From the NCBI GenBank assembly GCA_041659405.1, contig JBAZYK010000011.1, positions 30,001 through 62,000 of the forward strand: DNA of 32,000 nt. Reading direction: 5' to 3'. Positions 1 to 10,170 of this stretch are shown in pieces. A program made the translations under genes and the position numbers. The notes beneath the pieces were generated by a model, which was given only the letters and a program-made list of their open reading frames with translations, ran no database searches and was not told the DNA's origin. Every line of letters begins with the position of its first letter. The first letter of the stretch is position 1. This DNA is from Candidatus Altimarinota bacterium (lineage in GTDB: Bacteria > Patescibacteriota > Gracilibacteria > UBA1369).

Positions 1-537
<537 letters not shown>

Positions 538-554
538 TTATGGAAATCAAAACA

Positions 555-986
555 TCATCCCTTTGCGAGCACTCTTCTGATCCACGCCGCCGCCTCAGCT
601 GCTAGTCTATCCACTTTCGCAGCCTGCGCCGCAACTTCATCCGCACTCAACGTAGCTTTCACATTTGAAGGTTCTGAAGGAAATGGAACTTCTCCAAGTT
701 TTATCGCAGCTGGATCATGAACAATCAAGTGTTCACCTAAAGCATCATCAAGAGAAAACCCAAACAATCTTTGAGCATCACCAACCTCATCCGACGTAAA
801 AGTATATGAATCCCTATCGCCTTCCCAATCATCAACATAATCCTTTGCAGGACAACCGGGCCCTTCCCCATCCCACAAATCCCCACTCACATCTCTAACA
901 AAAGAATCCCCATCTCTACCCCTACCAAGACTTTCAACGTCCATATCAACAATTTCATTTGGATCAACAACCTTATTTACACTCAT
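555..986 (-). CDS. hypothetical acidic protein (143 aa)
   Basis: ORF track. D/E-rich with no motif I recognise. Its start overlaps the upstream pabC-like stop by 14 nt, which suggests translational coupling within the folate operon. Confidence 0.5.
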   Translation of the reverse strand: MSVNKVVDPNEIVDMDVESLGRGRDGDSFVRDVSGDLWDGEGPGCPAKDYVDDWEGDRDSYTFTSDEVGDAQRLFGFSLDDALGEHLIVHDPAAIKLGEVPFPSEPSNVKATLSADEVAAQAAKVDRLAAEAAAWIRRVLAKG

Positions 987-1830
987 TGCGATGAAAATTT
1001 AACAAATTCAGAGTAACTGCACCCGGCCTCCCGTTGCCAATTTTCCTTCCATCAATTTTAACCACCGGAATTATACCACGCGGCGCATTGGTTATAAAGA
1101 CCTCATCAGCCGCATACAAATCCTTCAATTTAAAATCCGCCAACAAAGCCTTTATTCCATTTTTTTTGGCGATCTTCATTAAAAAATCACGCGTTGTTCC
1201 GGCCAAAACATTTTTCTTTGGCGAGAGCAAAACGCCATTTTCCACCATGAAAATATTTGTAATTGTTCCTTCCAAAACATAATCGGCGGCATCCACAAAC
1301 ACAGCCTCGTAAACTTTTTTTTGTTGAGCAAGACGCGATCCCATAACCATTGGCAACAAACTAATCGACTTCACCTCGGGCAAATATCGCTGAGCTTTAA
1401 AAGTCACCACCGCCACGCCTTTTTCATAAAACTTTTCCGGTTGAGGCACCAATCTCTGCACCTGAACAAAAATCGTTGGCTTTTCCCCGGGCCCAAAATC
1501 AAATCCATTTTCTCCACGGGTAACGGTAATACGAATACGCGCTTCAGAATCCGCTTCAGCCTTTTCCGATTCACGACCATTTCCAAATCCATTCAATTGC
1601 ACAGTCTTTTCAACCCACTCTCCAATTTGTTTAAAACTCCACGGCAAACGAATTCCCACCAATTTACAGGATTTCCCCAGACGCTTTAAATGCTCATCTA
1701 TCTGCCAAATTCGACCATCATAAGTTCGCAAAGTTTCATAAACGCCGTCTCCATACAAAAAACCATTATCAAAAACGGACACTTTTGCCTGCGCCGCCTT
1801 CAAAAACTTACCATTCAAAAAGACAATCAT
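973..1830 (-). CDS. pabC: class IV (fold-type IV) PLP aminotransferase family, probably 4-amino-4-deoxychorismate lyase
   Basis: 285 aa with MIVFLNGKF..FDNGFLYGDGVYETLRTY..EGTITNIF, typical of the IlvE/PabC/Dat family. The PabC call rests on context between pabB and folP. IlvE or Dat cannot be excluded. Confidence 0.65.
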   Translation of the reverse strand: MIVFLNGKFLKAAQAKVSVFDNGFLYGDGVYETLRTYDGRIWQIDEHLKRLGKSCKLVGIRLPWSFKQIGEWVEKTVQLNGFGNGRESEKAEADSEARIRITVTRGENGFDFGPGEKPTIFVQVQRLVPQPEKFYEKGVAVVTFKAQRYLPEVKSISLLPMVMGSRLAQQKKVYEAVFVDAADYVLEGTITNIFMVENGVLLSPKKNVLAGTTRDFLMKIAKKNGIKALLADFKLKDLYAADEVFITNAPRGIIPVVKIDGRKIGNGRPGAVTLNLLNFHRNECK

Positions 1831-1883
1831 TCCAAAACTTTAAATCCGCATCCATTCTACAACAACCAATCGCAAAAGAAATG

Positions 1884-2429
1884 CTATTCTTCTTCGGCTT
1901 CTCCCGCTTCCACAGATATATCAAATCCACCAATAGCTGGAGATGCAATCGGAGTAAAAAATTCCGCACTAACTCCCGCAAAACCAGCAAAAGTCAGCAA
2001 TGGGCCCCCAATTGAAACGCCCTTATAAGCCTCACGAATTAAATCAACTTCCGCACCGGCAGGCGTTGGCGTAAATTCATTTCTTCCTGGAATATAAGTA
2101 CTACTTCCATCAACAAAAACCGGCACCGCATCAACCGGAGTAGAAACTTGATCAACACTTGCGCGCATTAGACCACGAATACCATCGATTTTTATCCCGG
2201 CATAACCAAGAAATTCCGGAGTTTCAAAACCTCCCGATTGATGTATTCTGTTAGGATAACCGGCAGGGGCACGCTTTGTATCAGATTCCGATCTGGGCAC
2301 ATTGATGACCTTTCCCAATTCCGGCGTAAGCACCTCTATTCCTTCTGCTCCTAGCTTAGGATTTCTTTTTTCATCTTCCAGTAATCCCGGATCAAACGCA
2401 CCATCCGGATCTTTATTTGTTTCACTCAT
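1884..2429 (-). CDS. hypothetical protein (181 aa)
   Basis: ORF track. Same strand and tight spacing inside the pabB-folP operon. No recognisable motif. Confidence 0.45.
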   Translation of the reverse strand: MSETNKDPDGAFDPGLLEDEKRNPKLGAEGIEVLTPELGKVINVPRSESDTKRAPAGYPNRIHQSGGFETPEFLGYAGIKIDGIRGLMRASVDQVSTPVDAVPVFVDGSSTYIPGRNEFTPTPAGAEVDLIREAYKGVSIGGPLLTFAGFAGVSAEFFTPIASPAIGGFDISVEAGEAEEE

Positions 2430-2469
2430 AAAAAATTAGTAAAAAATACAAAGCGTAAATTATTCAATT

Positions 2470-3165
2470 TCAATCAACACGCGCCCCTACAAAACTGTTA
2501 TACAAAGTATCTTCCGCAGGCGGAATGATGACCGGCTTGCGCTTAGCAACAGGCTTTAACGCAGAAAGAGGAGGCGCATCAACAACTTCAACGGGAGCAT
2601 GAACCGGTCTTTTATATACACCCGAGTTTGGCAAAGTTGGCGCCGCAGATGGAACGGAAGAGTTAACTTCCGCAGAAACACCAACTTCTGGCAGAACATC
2701 AACCTCATCAAAAGTCACCCAATTTCCACTATCTTTTGGAGCCCTAGAAGCAGCGACCTCACTCAAAACACGTTGGCATTGTCCACTAACTTCTCCAACA
2801 CTATCCACAACCGGATTACGACAAACCTCAACCAGTGCCCTTTCCAAGGATCCATATGAAAGGGTAAAAGCCGACTCTTTAGGATCATCAACATCAGTTT
2901 TTGGCCCACTGTCTGCTACATCCGCCAAATCACTGGAAAGTGGCCCCCAATTATCAAAGCCTCCCCTCGCATGTACTTCTGCCAATCCTGCAGCTACCTC
3001 ATGACCTTCCGGCCTTTGTCCATAAGCTTTCGCCTGCTCTCCTACATGTTCTCGTATTTTGGCCAATGTCCTCATTCTTGTCTTTTCATTAGCAGCCCTC
3101 ACAGCCTCCATAGCAGCAAGATCAACAGGCCATTCGCCTACATCACTTTCTTCCATATCCATCAT
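2470..3165 (-). CDS. hypothetical acidic protein (231 aa)
   Basis: ORF track. Same strand as the operon. No recognisable motif. Confidence 0.45.
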   Translation of the reverse strand: MMDMEESDVGEWPVDLAAMEAVRAANEKTRMRTLAKIREHVGEQAKAYGQRPEGHEVAAGLAEVHARGGFDNWGPLSSDLADVADSGPKTDVDDPKESAFTLSYGSLERALVEVCRNPVVDSVGEVSGQCQRVLSEVAASRAPKDSGNWVTFDEVDVLPEVGVSAEVNSSVPSAAPTLPNSGVYKRPVHAPVEVVDAPPLSALKPVAKRKPVIIPPAEDTLYNSFVGARVD

Positions 3166-3293
3166 TATATTGAAATTAGTTTCTAAAAAAAACCACGAAG
3201 TTCAACATACACACACAAATTCAAAAAGTCAACCACTCGCTCCAGGCACTTTTGAAAACAAAATCCCATTTCCTGTCTAAAAAATCACACACA

Positions 3294-4733
3294 CTACTTT
3301 AAAGCCTCATTCAAAGCCTCCGCCTTCATTAAAGTTTCCTCATATTCTTTTGTAGGATCAGAATCAGCCACAATTCCGCCGCCAACCTGCGCATAAATTT
3401 TCCCGTTTTTCTGCAAAATCGTCCGAATCAAAATATTTAGATCGGAGTCGCCCAAAAGGTTCACAAAACCTGCAGAACCGGTGTAAATCCCTCGCTTAAA
3501 ATCCTCCAAACCATCAATAATCTGCATGGTCCGCTTTTTAGGACAGCCGGTAATTGACCCACCCGGAAACACCGCCCGCAGCGCATCCCAAAAATCCTTT
3601 CCATAAGCCAATTTTCCTTCAACTTTCGCAATTGTATGAATCACATGTGAATATTTTTCGATTTTCTGAAAATCAGTAACCTTTACACTGCCCGCCTCGC
3701 AAACTTTTCCAAGATCATTTCGCTCCAAATCGGTAATCATAGCGAGCTCCGCTTTTTCCTTTTCCGAAGCCAAAAGTTCCGCCTCATGCGCCGCATCTTC
3801 TTCCGCATTTTTTCCACGAGCCACCGTGCCTTTAATCGGCCAGGTTTCAACTTTCGTTCCTCTTTTTCTAAGCAACAATTCCGGCGAAGAACTCATAATT
3901 TTGAACTCCGGGAACTCAAAATAACAGCTAAACGGTGAAGGATTAAGGCTTGAAAGTTTTTGATAGATTTTCCAGCCATCAACCGTACAATCCGCCGCAA
4001 ATCTCTGTGAAAAATTAACCTGATAAGTTTCTCCATCCTTCAAATATTGTTTTACCGCCGCGATTTTCTCTTGATATTGAGCAAAACTCACATTCGATTT
4101 TAAAGCTCCCATTTCGCCGACAGACCGTGGTCTAACCGGCTTCTGCAAATCCTCTTTCATGGTTTCAATTTTTTTACGCGCCTGCAAATCCGTCTCGGCC
4201 AAAGCCAAAAAATACAATTCATTTTCCTGATGATCAAACGCAAAAACCTTATCCACAAAAGCAAAAACAAAATCAGGCAGAACCACATCATCAAAAACTT
4301 TCTGTTCAACTTCCATCAAATTCGCGCCAAAATCATAACTGAAATAACCCGCCGCTCCACCAAAAAACGGCACCGGCGCCGCCCCATGATAATGAATGAA
4401 TTTAAAAATATTTTGCAAAACGTCCAAAGGCTCCCCTTCCACAATTTGACCGGTATTTTTCTTCTCAAAATCCAAAAAATCACGACGCTTTAAAAGCTGC
4501 GTCACCCCTTTGGTGGAACCTGCCCCACTTGCCTCACGCATACTGGAACAAACCATGTATGGATCATAACCAATATAAGAATAGCGCTCGGACAAGCCAC
4601 TTTTCTTCCCCGCAAAATCTCCGCCACTTTGCAGCAAAAACGCGTAATCTCCGCGAACATGATCAAAAAAACTGGCCGGATTTTCATCCTTGGCCAGTTT
4701 CCTTTTCTCGAAAAAAAGTTTTACGTATTTCAT
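3294..4733 (-). CDS. pabB: chorismate-binding enzyme, aminodeoxychorismate synthase component I (PabB/TrpE family)
   Basis: 479 aa. The C-terminal core ..SPELLLR..WPIKGT..RG..DLERNDLGKVC..VFPGGSITGCPKKRTMQII..RGIYTGSAGF.. is the chorismate-utilising enzyme signature. PabB is favoured by the pabC/folP neighbours. Confidence 0.8.
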   Translation of the reverse strand: MKYVKLFFEKRKLAKDENPASFFDHVRGDYAFLLQSGGDFAGKKSGLSERYSYIGYDPYMVCSSMREASGAGSTKGVTQLLKRRDFLDFEKKNTGQIVEGEPLDVLQNIFKFIHYHGAAPVPFFGGAAGYFSYDFGANLMEVEQKVFDDVVLPDFVFAFVDKVFAFDHQENELYFLALAETDLQARKKIETMKEDLQKPVRPRSVGEMGALKSNVSFAQYQEKIAAVKQYLKDGETYQVNFSQRFAADCTVDGWKIYQKLSSLNPSPFSCYFEFPEFKIMSSSPELLLRKRGTKVETWPIKGTVARGKNAEEDAAHEAELLASEKEKAELAMITDLERNDLGKVCEAGSVKVTDFQKIEKYSHVIHTIAKVEGKLAYGKDFWDALRAVFPGGSITGCPKKRTMQIIDGLEDFKRGIYTGSAGFVNLLGDSDLNILIRTILQKNGKIYAQVGGGIVADSDPTKEYEETLMKAEALNEALK

Positions 4734-4807
4734 ACAAATTGTTCACAAGCGACAAAAGTTCAACAGAACAATTTTTAACTCAATTCCACAAAAAACAAAT
4801 CCACCAA

Positions 4808-5296
4808 TTAAACCCGTTCGTCTTCCCCGTAAACATGTTCATACTCGCTCTTAGCGTAGTCAAAAAGTTCATCTGGATTGAAAAATCTTGGAACTTCTTT
4901 CATGGCAGTTTCAACGGAATCGGAAGCGTGAACAACGTTACAAGCCACGCTCATAGCCAAATCACCGCGGATAGATCCGGCTTCGGCACTGCGAGCCTTG
5001 GTAATTCCACATAAAATGCGAATAGCTTGAACAACTTCCAAGCCCTCCAAACAAATCGCAACCACCGGCGAACTTTGCATAAACCTTGTTACACCGGGGA
5101 AAAATGGCTTATCGGCAATATGCGCGTAATGTTCACGCAAAACAGCTTCACTCAAACTCATCATTTTAATACCAACAACTTTTAGACCTTTCTTTTCAAA
5201 ACGGTTCAAAACTTCTCCAATAAGCCCTCTTTGAACTCCATCCGGTTTAATTAAAACGAGTGTTTTTTCTTTGATACCTTTAAATTCCATTGCCAT
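4808..5296 (-). CDS. ndk: nucleoside diphosphate kinase
   Basis: 162 aa. TLVLIKPDGVQRGLIGEVLNRFEKKGLKVVGIKM and NVVHASDS (active-site His region) are NDK hallmarks. Confidence 0.9.
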   Translation of the reverse strand: MAMEFKGIKEKTLVLIKPDGVQRGLIGEVLNRFEKKGLKVVGIKMMSLSEAVLREHYAHIADKPFFPGVTRFMQSSPVVAICLEGLEVVQAIRILCGITKARSAEAGSIRGDLAMSVACNVVHASDSVETAMKEVPRFFNPDELFDYAKSEYEHVYGEDERV

Positions 5297-5487
5297 AATT
5301 TTAGATCAGTTAGCGAATAAATCGAAAACATATTACCGAGAATAGGAAATTTGGCAAGTGGAGTTCGCTCCGCGGCTACTTATAAGCTCAGTCCATGACC
5401 TCATAAAAATAGGTACTTCGTGCGTGGCCATCATTTAAAAAAATCACGATAAGCTATATAATCATCACCGCATAACAATAAAACCGC

Positions 5488-5982
5488 ATGAAAGCCGTAC
5501 GAATAATTCAAACCGTATTTACCGCAATCGGGGCAATATTTTTACTTGTAGCCGCCGGAATTTTTCTAAACTCCCAAGCATCTCTTGCAAACGGCACCAT
5601 CACTTCCAGCCTTGTCGATTTATGGCTTTTGCCAATGCTTTTTGGCCTAATCGGGGTCGTATTTTTCGCCGTTGGTTTTGGAATGATAATGTGGGGAGTT
5701 AAAAAAGCTGCCACTATTAAAAAACTCCAGGAATCCGGCCGCAGAATTGAAACCGAAATTAAAGGTGTTGAATTAAATACCCACTATAGAGTCAACGGAC
5801 GTCACCCCTATCGCATTATTTCAGAGTTCACCGAAGGCAATAATATTTACATTTTTAAAAGCGATAATATCTGGTTCGACCCCACAAACTACATCAAAAC
5901 AAAAACCATCAGCGTCCTGGTCGACCCCAACAATATGAAAAAATATTACACAGACATTTCATTTCTGCCGAAGGTGAATTAA
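5488..5982 (+). CDS. membrane protein, two N-terminal TM helices plus a soluble domain (possibly DUF3592-like)
   Basis: 164 aa. Hydrophobic stretches AIGAIFLLVAAGIFL and LLPMLFGLIGVVFFAVGFGMIMW. The family assignment is from memory only. Confidence 0.5.
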   Translation: MKAVRIIQTVFTAIGAIFLLVAAGIFLNSQASLANGTITSSLVDLWLLPMLFGLIGVVFFAVGFGMIMWGVKKAATIKKLQESGRRIETEIKGVELNTHYRVNGRHPYRIISEFTEGNNIYIFKSDNIWFDPTNYIKTKTISVLVDPNNMKKYYTDISFLPKVN

Positions 5983-5998
5983 GTTCGCATCACCCACA

Positions 5999-6361
5999 TC
6001 ATTTTTCAAACTCTACAAGAATTTTATTGATTATTACCTCTGCTTTATCAATATCTTCCTGCGTTGTAAGCCTATCTTTAAATTCGGTGTCGTTTACTAA
6101 AGCTTCATGATAAGCAAAAACTTCAGCGCATAATTCTTCAGGAATTTGAAGTTCTTCATTCAAGACATTCCTTATGATGTCTGCCAAATTGCCGGCCACC
6201 AGAGCAAACCAAGCTTTTCGAACTTTATATTTGGAATTCGGCGAAGTCGAATACAAAACCTCTTTTGGTATACCATTTTTCCAACCGGTCATTGCCGCCC
6301 TTAAACCACCAACAATCTCTTGCTTTAAAGCCTCTTGCCCCATTGGTTCACCCTCTCCCAT
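5999..6361 (-). CDS. hypothetical protein (120 aa)
   Basis: ORF track. Plausible amino-acid composition. No known motif. Confidence 0.45.
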   Translation of the reverse strand: MGEGEPMGQEALKQEIVGGLRAAMTGWKNGIPKEVLYSTSPNSKYKVRKAWFALVAGNLADIIRNVLNEELQIPEELCAEVFAYHEALVNDTEFKDRLTTQEDIDKAEVIINKILVEFEK

Positions 6362-6392
6362 ATAATTTATTGAAAATAAGTTTCATCTCCCT

Positions 6393-6476
6393 CCCCGGCC
6401 CCCCGTGGCATGTTTCCTGAGCACATTCGGGGTAGGGGCCCCATGTGCGAAGGGAATATGCCGCGGGGGGCTGGGG
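6393..6476 (+). other. 84-nt GC-rich nested hairpin (possible small structured RNA or palindromic element)
   Basis: The 19-nt arm 6393-6411 (ccccggccccccgtggcat) pairs with 6458-6476 (atgccgcggggggctgggg). Both imperfections are G-T/T-G pairs only when read on the + strand. An inner stem gcacat/atgtgc lies at 6421-6426/6443-6448. Confidence 0.4.
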
Positions 6477-6487
6477 TTAAGAGTTCC

Positions 6488-7753
6488 CTAAAACTTTAGT
6501 AGCTTCAAGAATCGTTCCTCATCATCATACGGCCCAATTATCGCAATTCGCAAATTTTCTTCTTTGAACAAATCACGCGCCACGCGACCAAGATCCTCTA
6601 CAGTTACAGCATCAACCATTTTCATAATTTCTTCCGGTGTCTCTACATTTCCATACAAAAGTTCAAATTTACCAAGCAAATGCGCGTATTCTTCCGAATC
6701 TTCCAGACGCAAAACCATTTTTCCTTTCAAAAATTCCTTTGATTTCAGCAACTCCGCTTCCGGCACGGGTTCGGTTAAAACTTTTTTATACTCTTCCACA
6801 ATTGCGGTAATTGCCTTGTCTATGCCGTCTAAAGAAACTCCGGCATTCGTGGAAAAAGTTCCGGTATCGGTATAATCGTCAGTTGAAGTGTTGATGTAAT
6901 AAGCCAATCCCTGCTTTTCACGAACCGACAAAAACATTCTGGAACTCATATTCCCACCCAAAACAATTCCCAATAATTTTGCGGCATAGTGATCTTTATG
7001 CTGTTCCGAATAACCCGGAAAACCCAAAATCACATGAGCCTGTTCGGTTTTTTTATTGCGAAGATAAATCTTTTTTTCAACCTTAACATCTTTTACCTCA
7101 TTAAAATTGTAGGCTTTTTCGGCATCCTCAAACGTAAACAATTTTGAAACAGCCTTCACCATTTCATCATGATCAACATTTCCGGAAACGGCAATTACCG
7201 TATTCCCAGGCACATAAAGCTCTTTCTTGTACTTAATGAAATCCGCCTGTTTTATGCCCATGATCACCTCTTTAGTCCCCACCTGATCCCAACCAATCGG
7301 CTGATCACCATAAATCAAACGCTCAAAATCCCAACCAATCTGGTACATTGGCGTATCCTGATACATATTATATTCTTCCATAATTACCCCACGCTCTTTG
7401 TCGATCTCCGCCGGATCAAACTTGGAATGAATCAACATATCCGCCAAAACATCCAAAGCCAAATCCACATGCCTGTCCGCAACCTTTATATAATAGCCGG
7501 CATATTCTTTGCCTGTGAAAGCGTTAAAATCGCCACCAACCGAATCAATTGCCTCCGAAACCTCTTTAGTATTCGTATATTTTTCAGCGCCCTTAAAAAA
7601 CATGTGCTCCAAAAAATGCGAAATTCCATTAAGTTCTTTTATTTCATAACGCGATCCCGCTCCCACTAAAATCAAAACCGTTACCGATTTTGTATTATCG
7701 AGTTTTTTAGTCACAATTCTAAGTCCATTTTGTAAAGCTGTTTTCTTTAACAT
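6488..7753 (-). CDS. M16 family zinc peptidase (insulinase/pitrilysin-like)
   Basis: 421 aa with the inverted zinc motif HFLEHMFFKG (HxxEH) near the N-terminus and the typical M16 two-domain length. Confidence 0.85.
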   Translation of the reverse strand: MLKKTALQNGLRIVTKKLDNTKSVTVLILVGAGSRYEIKELNGISHFLEHMFFKGAEKYTNTKEVSEAIDSVGGDFNAFTGKEYAGYYIKVADRHVDLALDVLADMLIHSKFDPAEIDKERGVIMEEYNMYQDTPMYQIGWDFERLIYGDQPIGWDQVGTKEVIMGIKQADFIKYKKELYVPGNTVIAVSGNVDHDEMVKAVSKLFTFEDAEKAYNFNEVKDVKVEKKIYLRNKKTEQAHVILGFPGYSEQHKDHYAAKLLGIVLGGNMSSRMFLSVREKQGLAYYINTSTDDYTDTGTFSTNAGVSLDGIDKAITAIVEEYKKVLTEPVPEAELLKSKEFLKGKMVLRLEDSEEYAHLLGKFELLYGNVETPEEIMKMVDAVTVEDLGRVARDLFKEENLRIAIIGPYDDEERFLKLLKF

Positions 7754-7838
7754 AGATTCAAAATCAAAAAGAGTAGCTGGTTTATTATAAAGAATCTGCT
7801 ATATAATACAATCCCGATTATCCGGAAGACTTCAACTT

Positions 7839-10145
7839 ATGAAAAACCGTGCTTTTGGCAAAAGAAAACCTATAAATCGTCTTTCAATTCTGCTGATTGC
7901 AGCCTTTTTTATGACCGGCGTGATTGCCGTACGATTATTTTATTTGCAAGTGATTAAGGGCGATTATTACAGCAAAAAAGCCGATGCCGAACATTTTGGA
8001 GAAAGCACACTTTCCGCTCGCCGTGGTGAAATTTACATTAAGGATTATGCCTCAAACGACATGGTTAGGGTCGCCACCAACACCACTCTTGACCTTTTGT
8101 TTGCGGATCCCACCCAAATTGCCGACAAAAAACTGGTCGCGGACAGAATTTCACCAATGATTTTCAACCTGGATCAAGCCAAAAAAGATGACACAACCAG
8201 AATCAAAAACGAAACAATTCATGCCAAAACCGCCGAAGATCTGGCTAAAGTGGCCCCACTAAACGACCAGGAACTTTATCAAAAATTTTATACCGATCTT
8301 TTGGATAAAATCAGCCAGGAAAAGCGCTTACAAATCACCCTGCGTGACGATCTTCCCAAAGAAACCCTGGATCAAATTAAGGCCTTAAATTTAACCGGAA
8401 TAGATGCGGTTGAAGGTGCTTTAATTGCCTACCCTGCGCAAATAGTTGATCGTGATAAGGTTGCCCTGGCCCTGACTCCATATATGGAAATGCCACCAAC
8501 CGAACTTGCCAATATTTTAAAAGGAAGAAACCGCTACGTTATCCTTCAACGTAAAATCAAACCGGAAATTGCCGCCCAAATCAAAAAACTGATTGATGAA
8601 GATAAAACCAAAAACTTCACAGGGCTTGGCCTAAAAGAAGAATACTTCCGTTATTACCCGGAAGGTACTTTGGCATCCAACATTTTAGGTTTTGTTGTTG
8701 ATAGCGGTGCAAGCCAACTTGGCCAATATGGAATTGAAAGTAAATTCAACAGCCAACTTCAAGGAAAAAAGGGTATCTTTAAAACTCAAAAAGACGGACT
8801 CAATCGTCAAATCACTGTTGGCAACAGCGAAATCATTCCTGCTGTAGATGGCGACAACGTAGTCTTAACTATTGATCGTTCCATCCAAATGGCAGCAGAA
8901 AAATATTTGGCCCAGGCTGTCCGCGACTTTAATGCCGATAACGGACAAGTAATCGTAATGGATCCAAAAACCGGCAAAATTATGGCCATGGCCAGTTACC
9001 CGACTTTTAATCCCAACAGTTTTGGTGACATTTATCAAACCGAAGATGTCAGCCTAAGCCCCGAAAATATTAAAAACCTCGTTCCAATTGAAAACGTCCC
9101 AAATGCTTTTTGGTTCTACAGAAATTTTATAACCAAAGACCGTATCCAAATTTTCAAAGTGCAAAAAGATGATGGGACCGTTATTTATCAAAGATACGCA
9201 AATCTTGTCGGACCCGAGGCATATCAAAATAAACCTGTTTCCCAGGCTTATGAACCGGGATCCATTTTCAAAATTGTCACCATGGCAGCTGCAATTGATG
9301 ACGGCGACGTAAAGCCAACAACAGCCATTAACGATCCGGGCATTTTGTATCTTGATAAAAACAAAAATGGCGGAAAATTTAAAGGCCCCGATGGGCTTGG
9401 TTATGATGCCATCATCCATAATGTTTCTGAAAAATGCACGAATTCACATTCCACCATGACCTGGATCATCCAAAATTCATGTAACACCGGAATGACCTGG
9501 GTGGCACAAAAAATCGGCAGAAATCTGTTCTATAATTACATGCTAAAATTCGGATTCAACGAAAGAACCGATATTGAATTCGATAACGAAAGTCCGGGCA
9601 GAATCGCCAACTTTGATCAATGGACCGATTCCGAACTTGCCAACCATGCCTTTGGACAAGGTATTCTTGCCACTCCCCTGCAAATGATTTCGGCCTATGC
9701 CACCGTTGCCAACAAGGGCATTTATATGCAACCGCACATTGTGGAAAGTGTTCAGCAACAGGACGGGAAAATAATCACCTATGACCCAAAACCAATCCAG
9801 CGCGTAATTTCGGAACAGGCTGCGGAAACTATGAAGGCCATGCTGGTCAATAACGTTGAAAATGGCGACAGTTACGGCAGAATCCGCATGCCGGACCATT
9901 ACATCGGCGCTAAAACCGGTACAGCTCAAACTTATATGAACGGTGAAGCCTTAAAAGGCGCAGGTACAACCATTGCCACCATCATCGGCTTTGCTCCAAA
10001 AGATAATCCACGCTTTGTGATTTTAGCCAAATTGGATCACCCGCGCGCCAGCGAATGGGCCGACGCAACTTCCGCCGTCCTCTTCCAAAAAATGGCCGCT
10101 TACCTGTTTGACTACTTCAGCCTCCCACCGGATAAAAAAGGCTAA
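7839..10145 (+). CDS. class B penicillin-binding protein (PBP2/FtsI-type transpeptidase)
   Basis: 768 aa with an N-terminal TM anchor (LSILLIAAFFMTGVIAV). Transpeptidase motifs are SIFK (SxxK), SCN (SxN) and KTGT. Confidence 0.85.
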   Translation: MKNRAFGKRKPINRLSILLIAAFFMTGVIAVRLFYLQVIKGDYYSKKADAEHFGESTLSARRGEIYIKDYASNDMVRVATNTTLDLLFADPTQIADKKLVADRISPMIFNLDQAKKDDTTRIKNETIHAKTAEDLAKVAPLNDQELYQKFYTDLLDKISQEKRLQITLRDDLPKETLDQIKALNLTGIDAVEGALIAYPAQIVDRDKVALALTPYMEMPPTELANILKGRNRYVILQRKIKPEIAAQIKKLIDEDKTKNFTGLGLKEEYFRYYPEGTLASNILGFVVDSGASQLGQYGIESKFNSQLQGKKGIFKTQKDGLNRQITVGNSEIIPAVDGDNVVLTIDRSIQMAAEKYLAQAVRDFNADNGQVIVMDPKTGKIMAMASYPTFNPNSFGDIYQTEDVSLSPENIKNLVPIENVPNAFWFYRNFITKDRIQIFKVQKDDGTVIYQRYANLVGPEAYQNKPVSQAYEPGSIFKIVTMAAAIDDGDVKPTTAINDPGILYLDKNKNGGKFKGPDGLGYDAIIHNVSEKCTNSHSTMTWIIQNSCNTGMTWVAQKIGRNLFYNYMLKFGFNERTDIEFDNESPGRIANFDQWTDSELANHAFGQGILATPLQMISAYATVANKGIYMQPHIVESVQQQDGKIITYDPKPIQRVISEQAAETMKAMLVNNVENGDSYGRIRMPDHYIGAKTGTAQTYMNGEALKGAGTTIATIIGFAPKDNPRFVILAKLDHPRASEWADATSAVLFQKMAAYLFDYFSLPPDKKG

Positions 10146-10170
10146 TAGCCAAGTTTTGCTGTTTTAAGGA

